From the IMG/VR virus record IMGVR_UViG_3300023184_000027, positions 62,001-126,000 of that record: a stretch of 64,000 nucleotides of DNA. One strand, written 5' to 3'. The notes below the pieces were generated by a model. That model saw nothing but the letters and a program-made list of their open reading frames with translations, was not told the origin of the DNA and did not search any database. Of the stretch, positions 57,345-64,000 are shown in pieces (positions within the stretch are counted from its first letter, which is position 1; each line of letters starts with the position of its first letter). Made by a program: the position numbers and the translations under genes.

Positions 57345-57372
57345 TAAAAAATCACGACATATGTCGTGATTT
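57345..57372 (-). terminator. Terminator built on a perfect 24-bp palindrome
   Basis: AAATCACGACATATGTCGTGATTT (57349-57372) followed by a T-run on the minus strand after nrdA. Confidence 0.75.
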
Positions 57373-57391
57373 ATATCATAATTTATTTTAA

Positions 57392-59809
57392 TTAAGAACC
57401 ACACCCAAAACATTCAAAGTCCGAATCCTCCGGTTTCTTAACTAATTCAACTGTTGGTTTTTCAACAGTTATTTTTGGTTGTTGTATTTTTGATATATCC
57501 ATAGCCAAATGTTTAGCTCCGGTTGATATTGCCTTTGTTCTAACATAATAACAAAGAGTCTTTAATCCTTTACCCCAAGAATGGAAGTGAGACGAAGAAA
57601 TCTTTGATAATGTTGGTTCAGACATATAGATATTCATTGATTGTGATTGGTCAATGAACGGTGCTCTATCAGCCGCCATATCAATTAATTCTCTTTGAGA
57701 TATCTCCCAAATTGTTTTATACTTTGGAATTAAATGTTCAACTCTCTTAACTTTCTTTTTGTAATTTTTATCTTCAGTGTCAAGGTAATTATTAAAATTA
57801 ATATTTTGAATTGAACCTTCGTTCATAATAATTTCATTCTTTAAGTCTTCCCCCCAAATACCTAATTTCTCAAAATCATTGATTAAATATTTGTTAACAA
57901 TTAAAATCTCACCACCAACAACTCTACGATTAAATAACGCTGAGTGTGCAGGTTCTGTCATTTCAAATGAACCGGTGATTTTAGCTGAAGATGCGACAGG
58001 CATCTGAGCGGTAAATAACGAATTACAAACACCATATTTGGACACTTCTAATTTAAGTGAATCCCAATCCCACATACTACTTAAACCTTCATAATCCAAC
58101 CCCCACATATCAAATTGGAACACTCCTTTTGACATCGGAGAACCTTCAAAAAATTGGTAAGGTTTATATTCACCTAATTTACATAATTCCATACTAGAAG
58201 TTATCGCAGCAAAATAGATTGTTTCAAAAATTTGTTTGTTTAACTTTTTTGACTCTTCAGATGTGAAAATATAATCCATTAAGAAGAATACATCAGCAAG
58301 TCCTTGAGTTCCAATGGCAATAGCCCTTTGTTCTAACCCACCTTTTCTACCTTGTTCAGTAGAATAACTATTAATATCAATAACCTTATTAAGGGCTCTC
58401 ACCACTTTTTTAACTTCACTATACAACCAATTAAAATCAAATTTACCATTAACAATAAAATTCTTTAACACCATTGATGATAAGGTACAAATTGCTGTCG
58501 TACTCTCATCCGTATATTGGTAAATTTCATTACATAGGTTAGATTGTTTAATCACCCCAATATTTTGATGGTTAGTTTTTCTATTAGCACTATCTTTAGA
58601 ACATAAATAAGGAACACCAGTCTCAACTTGAGATTCAATAATTTTATTCCAAATGTTTTGAGCTTTTACTTTTTTACCAAGACCTAACTCAACCGCTCTA
58701 CCATAGTTATCTTCATATTCATCACCATAACATTCTTGTAATGGTTTAATACCCGCTTTAACAATGTCATTAGGACAAAACAAATACCAATCAGAATTGT
58801 TTTTAACAGCATTCATAAAATTATCCGGTAACCATATTGATGTGAATAAATCTTTAGCTCTTAATTCTTCCGACCCAGTGTTTTTCTTAATTTCAAGTAA
58901 ATCAATAATATCTTTATGCCAAGGTTCTATGTATATCGCCGCACTTCCGGGTCTTCTACCTTGTTGGTTAAAGAAACGGAGAGATTCATTAACAATTTTA
59001 AGGTATTTTAACAATCCACCAGCAAATCCACCTGATGAATTAATACGACTCTCTTTACTACGAATATTAGACATACACAACCCAATTCCCGCAGCATCTG
59101 AAGAATATGTTGAGATGTCATTTAATGTCTCTAACAATCCCTGTCTTGAATCCCCATTGTTATAATGTAATACACAAGACGCCAATTGAGGTGTTTTTGT
59201 ACCCGCATTAATCATAATTGGTGTTGCCGGAGAGATAATTTGATTGGATAATGATTGGTAATACGATATAGCCTCTTCAAATGATTTTGTTACCCATAAA
59301 GCCACCCTCATATACATATGTTGTGGTCTTTCAATCACTTTACCTTGAGGGGTTTTTAACAAATACATTTCTTGTAATGACCTCCAAGCAAAATAGTCAA
59401 AATTGTAATCATTCTCGTGATTAATAACAGAATCAATATTTTCTGAACCATATTTTTCAATAGTTTCCATTAATTTATCATTTATCACATTATCCACATG
59501 TAATAAACCCATTGTAGTACAAAAACTTTCTTCAGTTTCTTTATGGTAAGAAGAAATAGCCACAGAAGATGCTAAACGAGAATAATCGTGATGACTACCG
59601 GTGTAAGCTGCGGCAATCTCATAAACTAGTTTATCAAGTTCTTTAGTTGTAATAAAACCCTCTGTTGGTACAGAGGTTATTACTTTAATGAATATCTCAT
59701 CAGAATTAACATTTAAACCTTTAGCCGCTCGTTTAACTCTATTGTATATTTTTTGGGGATTAAAGGAAACCTCTTCTCCCCCTCTTTTTTTAATTTTTAA
59801 TGACATCAT
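57392..59809 (-). CDS. nrdA: Ribonucleotide reductase class Ia alpha subunit with ATP cone
   Basis: ATP cone, SPATP, LASC, QSNLCNE, CTLSS, QMPVASS, C-terminal CFGC. Confidence 0.97.
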   Translation of the reverse strand: MMSLKIKKRGGEEVSFNPQKIYNRVKRAAKGLNVNSDEIFIKVITSVPTEGFITTKELDKLVYEIAAAYTGSHHDYSRLASSVAISSYHKETEESFCTTMGLLHVDNVINDKLMETIEKYGSENIDSVINHENDYNFDYFAWRSLQEMYLLKTPQGKVIERPQHMYMRVALWVTKSFEEAISYYQSLSNQIISPATPIMINAGTKTPQLASCVLHYNNGDSRQGLLETLNDISTYSSDAAGIGLCMSNIRSKESRINSSGGFAGGLLKYLKIVNESLRFFNQQGRRPGSAAIYIEPWHKDIIDLLEIKKNTGSEELRAKDLFTSIWLPDNFMNAVKNNSDWYLFCPNDIVKAGIKPLQECYGDEYEDNYGRAVELGLGKKVKAQNIWNKIIESQVETGVPYLCSKDSANRKTNHQNIGVIKQSNLCNEIYQYTDESTTAICTLSSMVLKNFIVNGKFDFNWLYSEVKKVVRALNKVIDINSYSTEQGRKGGLEQRAIAIGTQGLADVFFLMDYIFTSEESKKLNKQIFETIYFAAITSSMELCKLGEYKPYQFFEGSPMSKGVFQFDMWGLDYEGLSSMWDWDSLKLEVSKYGVCNSLFTAQMPVASSAKITGSFEMTEPAHSALFNRRVVGGEILIVNKYLINDFEKLGIWGEDLKNEIIMNEGSIQNINFNNYLDTEDKNYKKKVKRVEHLIPKYKTIWEISQRELIDMAADRAPFIDQSQSMNIYMSEPTLSKISSSHFHSWGKGLKTLCYYVRTKAISTGAKHLAMDISKIQQPKITVEKPTVELVKKPEDSDFECFGCGS

Positions 59810-59820
59810 ATTTTATTTAA

Positions 59821-60768
59821 TTAGAAATCTTCGGTAAATGTTAATGATTCACCTAACTTAGCCTTTTGATATTCCATTGTTCTACTCTCAAAAAAGTTTC
59901 CTTTAGTCTCAATAGCAATTTGTTCCATAAATTTAAATGGTTGCTCAACATTAAAATGTTTTTTACAACCAAATTTAACCAATAAACCATCGGTAACAAA
60001 TTCAAGGTATTGTTTCATTAGGTTTGAATTCATACCAATTAAAGATACAGGTAATGATTCAGTAATAAACTCTTTTTCAATCTCTAAAGCTGATAATAAT
60101 ATTTCTTTAATTCTTTTTTCACTTGGTTTACTCTCAATATGATTGTTAATCAAATGAATAGCAAAATCACAATGTAAATTTTCATCTTTAAAAATAAGAG
60201 TATTAGCATTACATAATCCTTGCATAATACCTCTCGATTTCAACCAAAATATTGAACAGAACGACCCTGAAAAGAATATCCCCTCAACCGCAGCAAACGC
60301 AATTAATCTTTCTTGGAACGAAGAACTTTCTATCCATTTTAATGCCCAATTAGCCTTTTTCTGAACTGCTGGTAATCTATCAATAGCGTGAAAACATTCA
60401 TCTTTTTCAGTCGGGTCAGACACATAGGTATCAATCAATAATGAATACATCAATGAATGAATATTCTCCATCATTATTTGGAATCCGTAGAAAAACTTTG
60501 CTTCAGCATACTGAACTTCTTTTAAAAAGTTTTCCGCTAAATTCTCATTAACAATCCCATCTGACGCTGCGAAAAACGCCAATACATTTTTAATGAAATA
60601 TCTTTCATTATCAGATAAATTTTCCCAATCTCTAATATCATTTGATAAATCTACTTCTTCCGCTGTCCAAAAAGCCGCTTGGTGTTGTTTATAGTACTCC
60701 CAAATATCATCATGCTCTATTGGGAAAATAACAAATTTATCGTTATTTGGTTCTAATATTTTTTCCAT
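59821..60768 (-). CDS. nrdB: Ribonucleotide reductase class Ia beta subunit
   Basis: [21 protein letters not shown] (radical Tyr), [15 protein letters not shown]. Confidence 0.97.
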   Translation of the reverse strand: MEKILEPNNDKFVIFPIEHDDIWEYYKQHQAAFWTAEEVDLSNDIRDWENLSDNERYFIKNVLAFFAASDGIVNENLAENFLKEVQYAEAKFFYGFQIMMENIHSLMYSLLIDTYVSDPTEKDECFHAIDRLPAVQKKANWALKWIESSSFQERLIAFAAVEGIFFSGSFCSIFWLKSRGIMQGLCNANTLIFKDENLHCDFAIHLINNHIESKPSEKRIKEILLSALEIEKEFITESLPVSLIGMNSNLMKQYLEFVTDGLLVKFGCKKHFNVEQPFKFMEQIAIETKGNFFESRTMEYQKAKLGESLTFTEDF

Positions 60769-60773
60769 TTTAT

Positions 60774-62156
60774 TTAATTTTTTTGTTGTTCTTTTTGTTT
60801 TCTCTTATCTAACAAATCTTTAATTCTTTGTCTGTTTCTTTCTTCTGTCTGTTCTTCCAACCCTAAAAAGGTTACCGAACTTTCTGTATCAATCTCTAAC
60901 ATACCATTATCAAACTTACAATTCTCAAATACAACACCATCATCACCAATACGTGATTTAGTAATCGCAATTGTTGCTAGTTTCATTTCTTTTTGTTGTA
61001 GTGATTTTGCCACCGAAATAATTACGTGTCCAACCTGAGCTTTCTTTATAGACCCCCCCATTTGGTCAGTAGTTACAACATCTGACGATATAGAACTTCT
61101 ATTCCCTTGAGTTGCTGTCCATCCAACCATATCCATCTCGTGACACATAGACTCAAACGCTCTCATTACAGAACCCTCAGATTTCCATTCATCACCTAAA
61201 TTTCTATCAGGGACAACACAATCAATATAATCTAATAAAACCATATCAATTTTAACCCCCTCGGAAACCATTTTTCTAATTTGGTTTTTAATTTGCATCA
61301 TTGTCATAGTGTCAGATGGAAGTTTTTTCAAGATGAGTTTATTAGTCATCGAATCTTTAACTTCATTCACTTTGATAATAACTTCATCTTTTCTAGCCGA
61401 TAATTCATCCGGGTGAATTTTTGTCCATAATGTGATGTGTTTTCTTTGAATAATTTTTGGATTATCCTCAAAAAATATTTGTAATACATTGTATCCCAAG
61501 TTAAACGCGTGATTAGCAACTTTGGTTAATAATGTAGATTTCCCAACACCCGTTGGTGCCAAAATAACCCCAATTTCTCCTTTAGCCAAACCCCCTTTTA
61601 AGAGTCTATCTATACCCGGAATACCCATTGGTATCGGATGACGATAATCTTCGTTTAAAACATCATCCAAGTTGTGAAAAACATCTTCAGTACCTTTGTC
61701 TAACTCACCCACTTGAAGGGCTTTGCTAACCAATTGTTCTAAAGTGTCGTAATTCTCAAATTCACCACCATCGATGATTTTTTGAGCCTTAACCATTACT
61801 TTTTGTAGTTCCTGTTGTTTACAGAATTTCATAGATTTTTCCTGTACAAACTCTTCCCCTTCAGTTGGGGCTTCTTTCACTTTATTAAGTGTGTCAATAA
61901 CTATTTTTGACGCTGTAGCCTGTTGTAGCTCGGATTTGGTAATTTGTTCCAACGTATCAAATGTTGGTGTATGTTCGTATTTTGAGTAATATTCCTTAAT
62001 CATCTGAATGATAATTTTGAAATATTTATTCTCAAAATAACTTGTTTCAATCACATCAATAATTGACCTAGAGAAGTCTTTATCGATGACGATTTGGTTT
62101 AATAATTGTAGCTGAAATGTGCTACCTAAGTAATCAAAATTTTTGTTTGAAGCCAT
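60774..62156 (-). CDS. DnaB/gp41-like replicative helicase
   Basis: [27 protein letters not shown]. Confidence 0.92.
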   Translation of the reverse strand: MASNKNFDYLGSTFQLQLLNQIVIDKDFSRSIIDVIETSYFENKYFKIIIQMIKEYYSKYEHTPTFDTLEQITKSELQQATASKIVIDTLNKVKEAPTEGEEFVQEKSMKFCKQQELQKVMVKAQKIIDGGEFENYDTLEQLVSKALQVGELDKGTEDVFHNLDDVLNEDYRHPIPMGIPGIDRLLKGGLAKGEIGVILAPTGVGKSTLLTKVANHAFNLGYNVLQIFFEDNPKIIQRKHITLWTKIHPDELSARKDEVIIKVNEVKDSMTNKLILKKLPSDTMTMMQIKNQIRKMVSEGVKIDMVLLDYIDCVVPDRNLGDEWKSEGSVMRAFESMCHEMDMVGWTATQGNRSSISSDVVTTDQMGGSIKKAQVGHVIISVAKSLQQKEMKLATIAITKSRIGDDGVVFENCKFDNGMLEIDTESSVTFLGLEEQTEERNRQRIKDLLDKRKQKEQQKN

Positions 62157-62185
62157 ATATTTTCTTTTAGTGTATTAGATAAATA

Positions 62186-62638
62186 CTATACACTTAGACT
62201 AACATCCAGATAGTCGTATGTTAAATTTTCGTCAGAAAAAATGTCAGTCAGGTTCATCAATAAGTTTTTTAGGTGTGGGCGTACATCCACAGTGTATCTT
62301 ACCTTCGGAGGGTAGATTTTAGCATCCACCTGTCTATGACAAATTGTCACATCATTTTGTTTAATAAAAATATTAAAGTACTCCGGACCATCAATATATG
62401 ATGTTTCTAAAATAGCCGGGTTGTTAATAATTTCGTACATATTGTCCGTCATATACGTCACCGTTTTCAATGATAATTGAGTTTGGATATCATCCTTAAA
62501 CTCACGAATTAATTCGTATAATTCTAACGAATGTTTTGCTTTTTCGTTAAATTCTCTAACGTTAAAAAATCTCTGTACTATGATGTTATCATTTACCATC
62601 ATTAAGAATTCTAATTTTACCGATTCTTGGTCTTTCAT
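62186..62638 (-). CDS. Hypothetical protein
   Basis: 150-aa ORF in the replication cluster. Confidence 0.75.
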   Translation of the reverse strand: MKDQESVKLEFLMMVNDNIIVQRFFNVREFNEKAKHSLELYELIREFKDDIQTQLSLKTVTYMTDNMYEIINNPAILETSYIDGPEYFNIFIKQNDVTICHRQVDAKIYPPKVRYTVDVRPHLKNLLMNLTDIFSDENLTYDYLDVSLSV

Positions 62639-62646
62639 AATTTTAA

Positions 62647-63648
62647 TTAATTGTTTTTATAATTTCGTTTTTCTTTTCTTGTTAATTTCATAAAGGGTCT
62701 AACAAAATTTACCCACGCATCATCACCTTTTGGTAGATACTTAAAAAACCCGTCTTCCATCATCATTTTAATTAATCCCTTATAACCCCTACCATCAGGG
62801 TCTAAAGTTTCCTTATAATATAACTCAACAAGCTCTTTAGCATCATCAGTTATTAATGGAGACGACAAATTTATGATTTTTTCGTTAATAATAAAAAATT
62901 CTTCACCATAAATTCCACTTTTTGTTTTACCGGACAAAAGATTTTGTAATGTCTTGTTACTTTTGTTCTCCTTTAATAGATTATCAGCCTTTTCTAAAAT
63001 ATCGGTAATTGAAACCGGTTTTTCAAGTAGCTCAGGGAAAAACTTTATAAGAGTTTTTTCTCCCAATCCTGAAATACCATCAATGTTGTCCGATTTATCC
63101 CCCGACAATATTTTATAAGTTTTAATGTTTTCGTGGGGAAATTCGTAAAAATCACATTTGATTTTACTTCCTAAATGATAAGTTTGTTTGGTTCTCGGAT
63201 AAAACACCGATACCTTGTCCGATATAAGTTGGGTAAGGTCTTTATCCCCCGAATAGATGGTCTTTTGTTCGTTTTCCGAGATTTGACAGTAGTACGCTAT
63301 TAAATCGTCGCCTTCGTTATTATCTATGTTGATTTGTCTTATATAACAGTCCTCCAAGTATTGTTTGATTCTTTCTTTCTGCTCTTCAAAAGATTCGTCT
63401 CTAAAGTCCTCAGTTAATCTTCTTTTTTCTTTATATTGGGGATAAATAAGTTTTCTGGCTGATGAATTATTATCACCATCCCACATAACAACAACCTTAT
63501 CAAAATTTTGTTCGTCTATAAAACGTCTGATTGTATTGATAAAATGCCACAATCCTCCTATGTGTTTTCCGTTGTGGTAAAAATCTTTAACCCCGCAAAA
63601 TCCAATCTTAAGTAGATTGTTTCCGTCTACCAAAAGTGTTTTAGTCAC
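62647..63648 (-). CDS. 5'-3' exonuclease / RNase H (FEN-like, PolI N-terminal type)
   Basis: LLVDGNN, WDG, EGDD, YSGDKDLTQL, GDKSDNIDGISGLGEKT. Confidence 0.92.
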   Translation of the reverse strand: MTKTLLVDGNNLLKIGFCGVKDFYHNGKHIGGLWHFINTIRRFIDEQNFDKVVVMWDGDNNSSARKLIYPQYKEKRRLTEDFRDESFEEQKERIKQYLEDCYIRQINIDNNEGDDLIAYYCQISENEQKTIYSGDKDLTQLISDKVSVFYPRTKQTYHLGSKIKCDFYEFPHENIKTYKILSGDKSDNIDGISGLGEKTLIKFFPELLEKPVSITDILEKADNLLKENKSNKTLQNLLSGKTKSGIYGEEFFIINEKIINLSSPLITDDAKELVELYYKETLDPDGRGYKGLIKMMMEDGFFKYLPKGDDAWVNFVRPFMKLTRKEKRNYKNN

Positions 63649-63669
63649 TTGTTTTGTTTGTATTCGTTA

Positions 63670-64000
63670 CTATAATATTTTGTTACTCTTTTTCAAATTA
63701 TCTTCAGCCCACAAGGGTTGGAGATTTTCATAATGACATAACTTATAAAGTTCGTCTTCTGTTTTTGCCGATGATAATGGAATGATGTGGTCAATGTGCC
63801 ACTCACTCCGGTTATCCCAACTCATACCATCAATAAATTGGATTTCTAAATGTTCTTTTAGAAATTGGGGTGAACACCCAACAATATCAAAGGTTTTGTT
63901 TCGTTTGGTTATATTAAGAATTTTCAAATACTTCCACAATCTACATCTTAATCTATTGGTTAAATTAAAAACAGGGTCACCATCTCTTCTCTCTTTTCTT
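63670..64000 (-). CDS. HNH-type endonuclease, 5' part beyond the right window edge
   Basis: The frame stays open to the edge (RKERRDGDPVFNLTNRLRCRLWKYL...); WHIDHIIPL...HYENLQPLWAEDNLKKS. Confidence 0.8.
   Translation of the reverse strand, partial: RKERRDGDPVFNLTNRLRCRLWKYLKILNITKRNKTFDIVGCSPQFLKEHLEIQFIDGMSWDNRSEWHIDHIIPLSSAKTEDELYKLCHYENLQPLWAEDNLKKSNKIL

Noticed and set aside
3703-59165. Numerous short ORFs nested in or antisense to long genes (e.g. 3703..4125, 13534..13887, 17540..17899, 18118..18504, 24258..24629, 30885..31208, 32161..32487, 37359..37679, 58764..59165)
   Set aside because: They overlap well-supported genes and have no motifs or promoter signals.
57392-62156. Inteins or introns in nrdA, nrdB or the helicase
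   Set aside because: Lengths are normal, motifs are contiguous, and no intein terminal motifs were seen.
1-64000. tRNA, rRNA or large ncRNA genes
   Set aside because: Intergenic gaps are mostly under 120 nt and AT-rich; no cloverleaf or T-loop signature was seen.

Overview
AT-rich (roughly 30% G+C by eye), densely coded segment of a large contractile-tailed (jumbo) phage. It most likely infects a Bacteroidetes host: it carries TTTG-N19/20-TAnnTTTG promoters, a Bacteroidetes-type primary sigma factor, SprB-like and Fib_succ_major domains and an Hc1-like protein, and I saw no Shine-Dalgarno motifs at the starts inspected. Most genes are on the minus strand, and the standard genetic code fits. 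Contents: a >1040-aa Pro-free Gly-X-Y fibre protein running off the left edge (absent from the ORF track); several Cys-rich, Pro/Thr-linker fibre/adhesin proteins; baseplate genes (gp25-like, gp6/J-like, tail P2_I-like); replication/recombination genes (primase, DnaB-like helicase, 5'-3' exonuclease, SbcC/SbcD, RuvC, PD-(D/E)XK nuclease, NrdA/NrdB); thioredoxin, glutaredoxin and DnaJ; two DNA methyltransferases, one paired with a probable restriction endonuclease; and two HNH endonucleases. Top leads: apparent absence of GATC alongside a phage R-M pair; a near-identical 60-nt Pro/Thr-linker sequence shared by two fibre genes 33 kb apart; a two-tier promoter system (host-type plus TATTTAT) with a sigma factor lacking part of region 3; an Mre11 C-terminal domain apparently moved onto Rad50; a degenerate amidase; and an LRR protein with a putative capsid-targeting N-terminus. 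No tRNA, rRNA, CRISPR array, integrase or reverse transcriptase was recognised. All family assignments come from motif recognition, not database searches.
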